A DNA stretch of 64,000 bases from the NCBI RefSeq assembly GCF_001194135.2, contig NC_068986.1, positions 38,085,330-38,149,329 of the forward strand, in the 5' to 3' direction. This stretch comes from Octopus bimaculoides. Lineage: Eukaryota. The notes below the pieces were generated by a model, which had not been told where the DNA came from, searched no databases, and was given only the letters and a program-made list of their open reading frames with translations. Positions 50,918 through 63,343 of this stretch are shown piece by piece; within the stretch, counting starts at the first letter, position 1; each line of letters opens with the position of its first letter. Both the position numbers and the translations under genes were made by a program.

Positions 50918-52177
50918 CTGATGCAAATTGAAAAAATGTATGATTCTTTTATTGAAACATCACAGAAGTAATGATTACACAAACAAGCTATTAATATTGA
51001 TAGTTACAAAGGCTAATCTATCAGTATTTATTACTAAAATTCCTGGAATTAATGGAGAGGCATAATTGTTGTGGATATGGAGTTTGCTTCACAACCACAT
51101 AGTTTTGAGTTCTATCCTACTGCATGGAACCTTGGACAAGTATCTTCAGTACTTTTTAGTAATCTTCCCCCGTTTTACAAGATATATTGGTACTTTTGGT
51201 TATCTCCGATTAAAAAAATTGTTTCGCCCTCAATAAAAACAAAAACAAAAAAAAATGAAAAAATTAATAAACATAAAAAGTGAAAAGATGAAACATCGTT
51301 TTGAATCTGATAATATTTTATAACAAATAATACCATGCCTATTGAGGAGGCCAAACGTCAACAATGTGTTGAAGTACTGAATCAAAACGATCTAACTCTT
51401 TTAATCCAATCTCGTCGCCACATTAACTCGAATTTTTAGTGGGGAGATAACCCAATTTTTTAATGGGTTTTAGTTAAAGAAACCGATGGCAGGACTTCTT
51501 CTTTGTAAGCCAAGTACTTATTCTGTCAGTCTCTTTTGCCGAACTGCTAAGTTATGGGGATGTAAACACACCAACATCAGTTGTCAAGCAATGGTGTTGG
51601 GAATAAACAAAGACACACATTCAAATCAATAGTGGCAGACAACTAGTTAAAGGTCAGTGGTCCATATCATAAAACCAACACTGCATTGTGTCTATGTTCA
51701 AGATATTTCATCTTCAAAAGGCCCATTACACTATAAGTACCACAAGGGAAGAGAAATTTTTAGGATTGCAAATAGCAACAGCAGTGATAATAGAGCTTCA
51801 TTAGCTGGTAATATTGGTTTTAATTTATTCTGAGAGGTAGTTTAGCAAGGGATAGCTTTTCCCCATATCAAATACACAATCCTCATCATTTAAACATCCA
51901 CTTTTCCATGCTTGCATAGGTCAGGCAGAGTTTACTGATATGTTTTTAACAGAAGCAAACTTCTTAATTACACACCTATGCCTTTGAACACGAATTTACA
52001 ACAAAGAAAAATCTGTAATAGTAATGCCTGTAACCTGATGGAGAGAATCACTATTTGCTGAAACTGTAATAGCATGGACACTGAACTATCCATGTCATTA
52101 TAGTTCTGTTAAGGGAATGAGTAAGTCAATATTCCAATGCTAGATGGACAATAACACTAAGCAACAGAAAATCTCAC

Positions 52178-52260
52178 CTGGTAGATGAACAATCAAACAT
52201 GCTCTTCCAAGAAAGTATTCAGCATCAATAAATTTCACAGCTTCTTGTAAACAGTTCAGA
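52178..52260 (-). CDS. CENPM: Centromere protein M exon 4 (83 nt)
   Basis: ccttcttag| acceptor, |gtgaga donor. (S)LNCLQEAVKFIDAEYFLGRACLIVHLP(D) versus human [24 protein letters not shown]. Only one frame is open. Confidence 0.92.
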
Positions 52261-53006
52261 CTAAGAAGGATTAAAATGGTTCAAGAAAGAAATAATAGTC
52301 ATTAAAATCGTGGTCAGATATAAGATAATGACCAAGTAATAATTTTAAGTCAAACATGATATAAGAATAAGTGACATCTAAAATCAAAACAATGAGAATA
52401 ATAACTGTGTAACAAAATTTTTATTATTTCTTGGCTTTGGTCAGTAAGTGTTAATTCCTATTCGCCTTTATCTAGAAATCAAATGACATGACTACTATTC
52501 CCTTCAAACATTGCTTTTGTGACCTGGACATCAATGTTTTGAAACTCACCTATTTTCCATTACATTTCAGACAGATTCAGCACTGAGTTACTGAAGCAGA
52601 AATATTGTTGTAGCAAATATTCTGCTCAATACCACAGATTTGCTTGTCAGTTGCTTGATCATAACCACTTGAGCATGTCCCTTAGTGGCTGACAATATGT
52701 GCATCTCTGATCATGCGCAGGAGTAGTGGGGGAGTATCATAGCCATGTGTTGAGAGGGATTCTTTGAGGTTTGAATAAATCTAAGAAAAGCAAGTTTGAA
52801 GGAAATATTAGCCATTTTTTCCTACTTTGTAGAGATAAGCATATAAGAAATAACAGTTGCTATTTAAGGACAAAAATCACATTACAAAGTGTAATATGAA
52901 CATGTAATACAAGTCTGAAATAAACTCAAATTATGAAGCTTTTATAAATCAAATGCTAATTCTAGTTGTTTGCTATCTAGAAAATGAATAAATACTGAGA
53001 TCTGTA

Positions 53007-53901
53007 AACCTTTAGCATTCTGATTGCTTAAATTTAATGCTTATTTATTCACATTGTTTTGAATTAATCAGGCATTGAAGCTTCATGACTTCAATGACGT
53101 GATTGTTTATTATTAAAATAACATTATGTGGTAGGTGTGAAAAGTTGAATCTGGTCAGTTTGAACATAAAACAGGTAGAATCCGAGGTAGACTGAGCCAT
53201 CAGTCAACTGGGCACTGCCCAAGAGCCTGGAGCTCTGAGGGGCCCACACTCTACATGTTAACTCTCTTTGATATCAATGCCAAGGGGCCCGGTGAACAGC
53301 TATGCACGTGGGCCCTTAATACTCTCATCCCTGGGTAGGATATTTCAGCTGGATATGGCTGGTTTAAATGCCAAAGGCTTAAATTTGTTTTATTCCAGCT
53401 GGCCTAAACATCACTCTGAACATAATTTAGTAACTTGTTAGAAACCATCTGCATTAAAGTGTTATTCATAAATTAAAACCTAAAATACAAGATGTAAGTA
53501 AAAGTTCCGACATTATCAAATTATATCTAAGAACTGTTTGATATTCCAATAAATTAAAAGTTACAGTTATTTCACAAAACCCTTATTTGGTTCTTCATTA
53601 TTTTGAAAAATTAACTTAACGTTTTAGCATTCACATTATTCTGTCAAGTTGCCATCCAGTTTCACCAGTCCTCAGTCAAATCGTCCAACCCATGCTAGCA
53701 TGGAAAGCGGACGTTAAACGATAATGATGATGATGAATTAATCATACATTATCTCATAGCTTCAAGATTTCAATGATGTGATTATTTATATTTAGAATGA
53801 CATTGTAGAGGATGTGTGAGAGGCCATATCTGGCTGGTTTGAGCACAAAACAGGCAAAATATTTGGGCCAGATATAGTCAGTTTAAATGCTAAAGGGTTA
53901 A
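53007..53901. mobile_element. Two piggyBac-type MITEs, each carrying a nested insertion
   Basis: The first contains a 152-bp insert (53182-53333) flanked by GGTAGAAT/GGTAGGAT. The second (53620-53897, TTAA flanks) contains an RTE tail at about 53648-53735. Confidence 0.7.
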
Positions 53902-55487
53902 ACACATTGACAATGTATTCTTAGTGGAATTAGGACCAAAAAAGGATTGAGTGTCAATGGTCTAAAATAAATCTACTGTAAATGCCCACCTTACTCTATG
54001 CATATAGTAAGCTGAAGCATTTTAATTAATTAAAATTCCTCCATCAGTGAGAGAATAATCTTCATAACTAATTCTGTACAAGAAAGGAAGAGAAAGTACC
54101 ATAAAATTTACAAATTAAAAATAGAATGAGAAAGCAGTGGAGAGAAAATGATTTTTGATCATAAAGTGACAACTCCAGGCATGTTAATGCCTTATTGGAC
54201 CTCCTCAACAAAGCATAGTCTAAACATTATTGCCAGATCTTGGGACATCTAGAAAGAATATACAGGTTTTCTTAGTGGCATGATAATTTCAAAGAATAGA
54301 TGGGAAATACCCAGGGATGCCTGTCACATGGAAAACAGAAAAGTGTGCATTAACATATTGCAACATAGTAAACCAAACTAATAATACTGTCCTAATAATA
54401 GAACTTTTATATAAAAGCATAAAAATATATGCTAGTAGATAAGTAGCAAAAGAAAAGACAGAGTGAATTAAAATAAAGAATGAGGTATACTATAACAAAA
54501 TGTAGACAACAAGAAATCATTAAACAACTAAAGAAAATGGAAGAAAGCAATCAAGTGAAGATATTTTTCAAAGGAGAGAGAAAAAGCAGAAAAATCAAGA
54601 TGACAAAGTTAAGAACTTTTTAGCAGTTAAAGTAGTAATTCCTGTTTTCTCACTTTTCCCATTTTTATTTGTTCACCATCATCATTTCACATCTGCTTAT
54701 CATATTGGCAAGTGATAGATGTGTCATAATGATTCAGTTAAATTCTTATTTTGAGTTACTACCCTCCCAGATCAGTTGGAGGATACTGTGTCATGCTAGT
54801 ATTTTCTTTTCTTTGGCATGATATTTATAAGTGGATGTCCTTCCTAACAGTTATCACTTTACAGAGTGTACTGGAGACATTTTATAGCACAACCACAAAA
54901 GAGAGTGCCAATGTCTTCAGCATGACTAAAATATCACACTCCCTTGATGACTCTACTGGATTCACCAACCACTTTATAGAATGTAGTAAGTGTATTTTAT
55001 CATGGTACCAGTATTAGTGATGTTGCCTAATATCACACAAGATTTAAAGAGCCATCTCTAGTTTAGGTTGTCTCAGATTGTTCAAGGCAATGTGTTCAAG
55101 AGGGTGAACAGAAGAGAAGGTGTTAACAGAAGATGAACAAGAGTGAGTGGGCAAAGAAGGTGAGAGAAAGACAAGACAAACAATGGTTGAAGTGAGAGAA
55201 TAACAGAGGAGGGGGGGTGATGAAATGGTGAGAGGATGATAAAAGAGGAAGTAATAAAACAGTGAAAGGGATGAGAGGGTGACAGAGGAAAGCACAAAGC
55301 TGTAAAGAATAATAAAAGAGAGAGAATAAACATAGAAGGCAACAACAATGAAACACATTGGCATTCTATTTCATATGACAACTTACAAACTAAATTTTTT
55401 TTTTTTTGGTACATTCTGTGCTGACCATTATTGCTTTCTAAGACAATTTATTGAAGAAAAATATATTTTGTATTAAAGTGAACAAAC

Positions 55488-55583
55488 CTTTCCTTTCTTG
55501 TAACATCAATAACAAAACAAATGAAATCAATCCTTGGTCGAGGTGGATCCGTGGGTTCTAGTGGCAAATTACTGGTCAGTCGA
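55488..55583 (-). CDS. CENPM: Centromere protein M exon 3 (96 nt)
   Basis: RLTSNLPLEPTDPPRPRIDFICFVIDVTRKE(S) carries the RPRID..F motif. Donor AG|gtttgt. Only the final G (55584) of the acceptor is visible before the N gap. Phase 2 at both ends. Confidence 0.9.
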
Positions 55584-58500
55584 CNNNNNNNNNNNNNNNN
55601 NNNNNNNNNNNNNNNNNNNNNNNNNNNNNNNNNNNNNNNNNNNNNNNNNNNNNNNNNNNNNNNNNNNNNNNNNNNNNNNNNNNNNNNNNNNNNNNNNNNN
55701 NNNNNNNNNNNNNNNNNNNNNNNNNNNNNNNNNNNNNNNNNNNNNNNNNNNNNNNNNNNNNNNNNNNNNNNNNNNNNNNNNNNNNNNNNNNNNNNNNNNN
55801 NNNNNNNNNNNNNNNNNNNNNNNNNNNNNNNNNNNNNNNNNNNNNNNNNNNNNNNNNNNNNNNNNNNNNNNNNNNNNNNNNNNNNNNNNNNNNNNNNNNN
55901 NNNNNNNNNNNNNNNNNNNNNNNNNNNNNNNNNNNNNNNNNNNNNNNNNNNNNNNNNNNNNNNNNNNNNNNNNNNNNNNNNNNNNNNNNNNNNNNNNNNN
56001 NNNNNNNNNNNNNNNNNNNNNNNNNNNNNNNNNNNNNNNNNNNNNNNNNNNNNNNNNNNNNNNNNNNNNNNNNNNNNNNNNNNNNNNNNNNNNNNNNNNN
56101 NNNNNNNNNNNNNNNNNNNNNNNNNNNNNNNNNNNNNNNNNNNNNNNNNNNNNNNNNNNNNNNNNNNNNNNNNNNNNNNNNNNNNNNNNNNNNNNNNNNN
56201 NNNNNNNNNNNNNNNNNNNNNNNNNNNNNNNNNNNNNNNNNNNNNNNNNNNNNNNNNNNNNNNNNNNNNNNNNNNNNNNNNNNNNNNNNNNNNNNNNNNN
56301 NNNNNNNNNNNNNNNNNNNNNNNNNNNNNNNNNNNNNNNNNNNNNNNNNNNNNNNNNNNNNNNNNNNNNNNNNNNNNNNNNNNNNNNNNNNNNNNNNNNN
56401 NNNNNNNNNNNNNNNNNNNNNNNNNNNNNNNNNNNNNNNNNNNNNNNNNNNNNNNNNNNNNNNNNNNNNNNNNNNNNNNNNNNNNNNNNNNNNCCGCATT
56501 TCGAAGGAAAGGACAATACGTGACATCGTTGAAACAGTCCTTCCTGCAAAGCAAATTAAATAAAATTTGGGATTTTTTGCGGAGGGTGAAAGTGTTAACA
56601 AGACATTAAAAACAAACAGTGAGGGCTGTTGAGCCAAGATGATAGAAAAATTATTATGAATGCTATATAAACATTAACAACCACACATAATGTATATGTT
56701 TTGTGTGTTTGCCGTTATGCTGCGATTAGGTGTGGTGGAGATTACTCCCTTAAAACACCTGAAAGTCATGGACAGGTGAGACCACTCACCCCAGATCCCA
56801 TTCAAGAGTGATGGATATCAATGTTTCATTTTTGTGACTTATCAACATCACATACTTGAACACCGAATCAGAGGTGAATCATACTGCCAGTATACATATG
56901 TGTATATATACATATTACAGCGTGATGTGCTGCTTCACTGGTCCCCCCCTCTCTCTCTCTCTCTCTCTTTATATATATATATGATGATGATGATGATGAT
57001 CTTTTCTCCCGCCATGCCTCTGTCTACCCCTCCATCCTCTCTCTCCTTCGTAGTTTNNNNNNNNNNCTCAGTCAAATCGTCCAACCCATGCTAGCATGGA
57101 AAGCGGACGTTAAACGATGATGATGATGATCAAGCCAAGTAAAATTGCAGTTGTGACAGATACCAGTGTCATGCAAATGGCACCAGTGCTGGTGGCACAT
57201 AAAAGCACCCATTACACTCTCGGAGTTGTTGGCATTAGGAAGGGCATCCATCTGTAGAAGGCATGCCAAATCAGACTGGAGTCTGGTGCAGCCTTTCAGC
57301 TTCCCAGCCCTGGTCAGACTGTCCAACCCATGCCGGCATTGACAACAAACGTTAAATGATGATGATTGTTGTGTCTACGGAGAGTCATTATGCCAATATT
57401 ATTAACACATGCACTGGTTCAATTCCACTTCTTTATTATTAATCAACTGGTTCAATATCCAACTAACTAATCAATTATTTGTAAGTCATTTGTTTTGTTT
57501 TTGTTTGTGAAAGCTCTTTCGTTGCTACTTGCAACCTTTTCAATGACATTTGACTTAGTCAATAATCTAATGGGCTTTTCTCAGTTTACATTCTTCAAAT
57601 CCACTTACAAGGTTTTGGTTGGCAAGGGGCTGCAGCAGAAGACACTTGACCAAGGTACCACACAGTGGGACTGAACCCAAAACTATGTGGTTGGGAAGCA
57701 AACTTCTTACCACAAAGCAACACCAATGCTTACAGTGATAAACTTGAATGTCTCAAAATCACATTATTTTATTTTCAATCTCTATTCTCTCTTAGTATCT
57801 GTTTCTCATCCACTCCTACACTATTTCCAATATTCTGTTGTATAATACACACACAAACACATGACCAGCTTTTTTTTTATGTGGAAAGCACAATACAAGA
57901 ATTAAAACATACGTAGTAGTTGTAAAACAAAATATTAAAAAAAAAGCACATATGAATGGCATTATCTATTTTTGTTATCAGTGGGAAGGATTGGCACATT
58001 TTGGATATTTGCATATGAATAAAACAGGTGACTTGTCTTCCGACAGTTGTATCACACCATAATGTGAACAATGAAATGTCAAAATGCTACTGACTTTCGA
58101 GAAAAATTAGTAATATTTTTCAGTAAAGGCACAGGCATGGTTATCATCATCATCATCAATTAACATCTGTTATCCATGCTAGCATGCTGTACCAGGGTCC
58201 AGTCTGATTTGGCATGGTTTCTATAGCTGGATGCTTTTCCTAACACTAACCACTTTATAGAGTGTGCTGGGTGCTTTTACATGGCACTTTTACATGTCAT
58301 CACACAGGTCCTTTTACGGGGCACTACCACAAGTACTTCACACCACCAGAAGGATCGGTCTTGACACTTCTGCTGTGGGGTATGGGTCTTCTTGACACAT
58401 ACCCTGGTTGTGTGGTTAAGAAGCTTGTTTTACAATCAAGTGGTTTTGGGTTCAGTCCCACAACACTATACCTTGGGCAAGTGTCTTCTACTGTAGTCCT

Positions 58501-59764
58501 AGGCCTACCAATGTCTTGTAAGTGAATTTGATAGACAGAAACTGTATGGAGGCCCATTATATATGTGTGTATATATATCTTTATATTTGCTTGTTTCCCT
58601 CACCACTACTTGACAACTGGTGTAGGTTTGTTTACATCTCCATGACATGGCAGTTCAGCAAAAATGAACAATAAAATAAGTACCTGTACTTAACAAAATA
58701 AGTCCTGGGATCAATTTCTTTGACTAAAGTAGTGCCCCAGTATGACCACAGTCTAATGACTGAAACAAGTAAAAGATAAAAAAGTACAGCATAATGATTA
58801 CTGAACCAATCAAGGAGCTCCTACATCATCACTTGACCTGCTAGAAATAACAGCCAAACCTTAATTAAATCAGACCTGACTATCTAAACTAAAGACAACA
58901 CATATTAGATAACAATGTAGTGTTACAAAACCCCTAAAATGATGGAATGGTCATGGTTGGAATGCCTTTAATCATGACTTGGAGCTAAACATGCTGACTA
59001 TAATGAAGTTTGGACTCAGTAGCCCAGCAACTTAATAAGTGAATCATCATCATCATCATCATCACTGTTTTAATGTCCACCTTTCCATGTTAGCATAGGT
59101 CAGACAGAATTCGTGGAGGAAGATTTTCTATGGCCAGATGTTCTTGCTATTGCTAAAACTCACCTGTTTCCAAGTAAGGTAATAAATCCAGCTATATTTT
59201 CATGCATGACTGGAAACAAATGATGTTTGTATGATAGTATTACTTGCTTACAACTATCGTACAATATCAAGACAGATACAAACACAACACATATACACCT
59301 TTAAATACATAATGAAGGAACATGACTCAGTGCAGCACTGGATTAACCATTAATCAAAATAAGCATGTGCTTAGGGCATCAAAGGAAGTGGTGGGGGGCA
59401 CCACAGAAATGGTAAATCGTTTACGGCACAAAAGAAATCACTTTAAACTTGCTAAAATAATATTTGAGGTAGTGTATGTGATTGGAAATATAATTTCAAA
59501 GTGTTCATGGTGTTATAGTGAAGATTTGATTGAAGACTTTACAATTAGAAAAAAGTAGGAGAAAACTTTTGAAATATAAAGTGGAAGCATAAAAAGATAA
59601 AATAAACATTTCCTCCCATCTTACTCTTGGTTTTGTTTCATTTTGAAAAACAAAAAAAAAAAAGAATTATTTTATGGCTTATTGTTTAAATTTTGAATTA
59701 CATATATATGGTGGCACTAAAATCTTTTAAGTGCTTAGGGCTTCAATGGATCTTACTCCAGCGC

Positions 59765-60044
59765 TGGCTCACTGGTTAGAGCATTGAGCTTGCAATCATG
59801 AGGCAGTGAGTTCGATTCATGGACCAGGCTGTGTGTTGTGTTCTTGTGCAAGACACTTTATCCAAGGGAATGGCAAAGGCCGACACTGTTTGGCACCAGT
59901 GTCATCACAACTCATTTCTACAGCTGAGTAAACTGGAGCAATGTGAAATAAAATGTCTTACTCAAGAACACAATGCACAGCCTGGTCTGGGAATCGAATT
60001 CACTACCTTATGATGGTGAACCTGATGCTCTAACTAATGAGCTA
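59765..60044. mobile_element. Inverted pair of family C SINEs in CENPM intron 2
   Basis: 59765-59861 versus the reverse complement of 59948-60044: ungapped, about 76/97 identical by manual count. Confidence 0.85.
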
Positions 60045-60263
60045 TGCACCTTTGTCACACAGTCATTTGACATACTAAAAATAGCAGCCATATCTCACTG
60101 AGCCATCTTATAGACGGAAAGGTGTATTGAATACCCTTGTGGTTCAAGATATGCCAGCCTGGAAAAAAAAAATCAAAATAGAATGGTCATAGCTCTACTC
60201 ACTCAGGACTGACTAAGGGTTAAATACCAACAATCTGAAGCAAAGAATATATGTGATACTTAC

Positions 60264-60343
60264 ACCAAAAGAGGAAACTTATCTGACATAGAGACCAGGC
60301 TTTCAGCAAGTTTCTTTTTGTTGATGCCATATTCTCCAAGGAT
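60264..60343 (-). CDS. CENPM: Centromere protein M exon 2 (80 nt)
   Basis: ttttctgtag| acceptor, |gtaagt donor. ILGEYGINKKKLAESLVSMSDKFPLL(V) aligns to human [27 protein letters not shown]. Phase 0 in, phase 2 out. Confidence 0.9.
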
Positions 60344-62598
60344 CTACAGAAAAGGTAAATAAATATAACATTAAAACAACTGAATATTGTATAGCTTCTG
60401 ATAATCTTCTTTTAATCAATGTGCTTCACAAGTTTCCAATACAAATCAGAAAACAGCAGAGTGAGGGAGAGAGAGAGAGAGAGAGAGCGTGTGGAAAAGT
60501 GGACATGATGGTGATAATATAACATCTTAATTAAAACAAACCCTCCATATGGTTGTTCATTCTGCTCGAAATAACAGCTTAATTTTCCTATTATCTTAAA
60601 AATGGAAAAGACAATGGAGAATAGAGTTCTTGATACTTTTAAAAAGACAAGATGGTCATGACTGGAATGGTTTTAATCAAAAGGGTTGTNNNNNNNNNNN
60701 NNNNNNNNNNNNNNNNNNNNNNNNNNNNNNNNNNNNNNNNNNNNNNNNNNNNNNNNNNNNNNNNNNNNNNNNNNNNNNNNNNNNNNNNNNNNNNNNNNNN
60801 NNNNNNNNNNNNNNNNNNNNNNNNNNNNNNNNNNNNNNNNNNNNNNNNNNNNNNNNNNNNNNNNNNNNNNNNNNNNNNNNNNNNNNNNNNNNNNNNNNNN
60901 NNNNNNNNNNNNNNNNNNNNNNNNNNNNNNNNNNNNNNNNNNNNNNNNNNNNNNNNNNNNNNNNNNNNNNNNNNNNNNNNNNNNNNNNNNNNNNNNNNNN
61001 NNNNNNNNNNNNNNNNNNNNNNNNNNNNNNNNNNNNNNNNNNNNNNNNNNNNNNNNNNNNNNNNNNNNNNNNNNNNNNNNNNNNNNNNNNNNNNNNNNNN
61101 NNNNNNNNNNNNNNNNNNNNNNNNNNNNNNNNNNNNNNNNNNNNNNNNNNNNNNNNNNNNNNNNNNNNNNNNNNNNNNNNNNNNNNNNNNNNNNNNNNNN
61201 NNNNNNNNNNNNNNNNNNNNNNNNNNNNNNNNNNNNNNNNNNNNNNNNNNNNNNNNNNNNNNAAAAAAAGTGAAAAATTGTGGGTAGGGGTTAAATTAAA
61301 ATTTTGAAATGCCGATTTTTTGGGGTTTTTTTTGTTTTGTTTTTTTGCAGATACGGAATCTCCGCAGTCGAAAAGGTGAGTTTCTGTAGAAAAAAAAAAA
61401 TCGAAAGGAGGTGCGGTCCATGTCCTTTACCTCCGCCCTTAATTGTATTTCTGAAGTGTAAATTATGTATGAGGAATATGATATTTTTATTTGGCTGTTA
61501 TGCAAAAACCTTTGTCACGGTTTTCCGACAAAAACAATCTTAGACCCCCACCAATCAAACCTCCAAACATTGCCTTTCACAAAATGTGTGCGTGGTGGTG
61601 GGGGCAATTAATAATATTTACTGCATTTTTGATTTTGAGAAAAAGAATATTTCTTAGGAATGTCAACTACCTTACAAAAAGTATATCATGGGAAAACGGC
61701 ACAGGATTCGAAATTAACGAAACTCGACTAAATTCAAAAACTGAACATAAAATATTCTCAAATTCTTCTTCACGATCTGCTGGAGTGACTCTCTTCCTGA
61801 TATATTTACGCAACATGCAGTTAAAGAGAAGAAATTATTGAAATTAGTCATTAGAAGATGCAAAGTCATAAGTGCCGGATAAATACTGGCGTGCATCGAC
61901 AACAGGTCTTTTGAACCCTAGTGCAGTTAGTAAACCTAGTAATTTTGGCCTTTCAATAGCTTAATACTGATAGGGGTCGCATACTTCTCCAGCAGATTTC
62001 AATTTTTCATTAGTAAAGACAAAATCTTCGGTGAAGCAGAAATTACTCATTTTACCCCATTTTAGACATCATTTTCTGAAAACTGATTATCAAATTAGAC
62101 ATTACTGCGGGGGAAAATATTTTTACTTGGAATCCGAAATGAACTGTCAAATGTTGTCGAGTTATATCGAAGGAATGCCGAAAAGAATTTTGATTGTTAA
62201 ACACTAAAAATTATCTAGATATTTTACCTCTATATAAAAACCATTACAATCGGGTCAAAGATGAAAAATTCTTTGAAAACAGTCACCTGACTTAATTTCA
62301 AACTCTCTCAACTTCAACAATAACTATGCGGACCAATTTTACACTCAAAGATGACAAAACAGTACAAGATGATGATGCCATACTTGTAATATAATAATAT
62401 CAAACAAATAGGAAAAAAAAATAACAAAAGATCGAAATTACTCAATTTGCCCCACAACACTAACAATACACATCACAAAGCTACTCGTAAATACAGAAGA
62501 AAGCAGTAAATATAGGGCTACTTGATAGTATAAGTGTATAAAATTTCAGCACATAACAAAAGAAATAGCTTATATATAACAAATTAATTTTAGTTTAC

Positions 62599-62679
62599 CA
62601 ATACAGAGACTTTGTTAAGGAGGGGAGCACCACTGTGTAGCCGGAGTATTGATTCATTGTTGGAAGGAGAGGAGGCCAT
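62599..62679 (-). CDS. CENPM: Centromere protein M exon 1
   Basis: caaaATGGCC start at 62679. MASSPSNNESILRLHSGAPLLNKVSVL then |gtaaac. Resembles human CENP-M SVLRPLDKLPGLNTATIL (recalled). Phase 0. Confidence 0.85.
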
Positions 62680-62900
62680 TTTGAAACTGCCGCTGAATCT
62701 ATTTTGAATTAATAATAACACTTGACATTCCCATTCGAAAATTTCGTATCTAAAAAAATTACACATCGCTTAAAAAATATAATTGTGTGAAAAAAATTAC
62801 TTAATTATTATTGTTTTTATTAAATTAATTATTTGAACTCTTTCCCATGATTAACATTTAGTACGTATATTTTTTTTTAAATCTAGCTCTCTATAAGAAT
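62680..62900 (-). promoter_or_regulatory. Putative CENPM 5'UTR/proximal promoter
   Basis: Repeat-free sequence directly upstream of the ATG, with TTTGAA (CHR-like) at 62680 and 62703 and TTCGAA at 62734. TSS not determinable. Confidence 0.4.
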
Positions 62901-63343
62901 AAAAATACCTCCCTGTTCAAATTTATAATTATTGTCAGCTAACCCATTATCGCTTATGGTCCTTTATATAGGATCAGGAAGATAATCCATCATATTTCTG
63001 CAACACCTGTACTTTTCTGAGATATCTTTAGTTAATCATCGAGACTGGAATGTCTTTCAAATATTACACCTACTGTCTGATGTATATTCGCAACACTGAT
63101 ACCTCAGTTTTCAGTACAGTGTGAAGATCTTTAGGTAAAGGATACATTCAGTTTCGTGTAATATCAGACAGAAATTTTTCAGTAAGTTGTACTTATATCC
63201 AACCAATATTTGTATATAGTATAAATAATTATTCTAACTGACCAATAAAGTCAAGAAAATCTTTGAAAGTAATTTTGCTCAAATATAACATGTTATAAAA
63301 GTTTGGTTCTAATATAAGGGCTATGGTCATTAGAACTCCATTT

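Noticed and set aside
50826-52260. Dual-specificity phosphatase-like reading (EAVKFID..G..LIVH)
   Set aside because: No CX5R motif; six phase-consistent exons match CENP-M much better.
52550-52600. Minus-strand AG|GTGAGT donor as a possible CENPM exon
   Set aside because: In-frame TGA, and the sequence belongs to a dispersed repeat.
53995-54075. Minus-strand segment with good acceptor and donor between CENPM exons 3 and 4
   Set aside because: All three frames contain stops, and exons 3 and 4 already join in phase.
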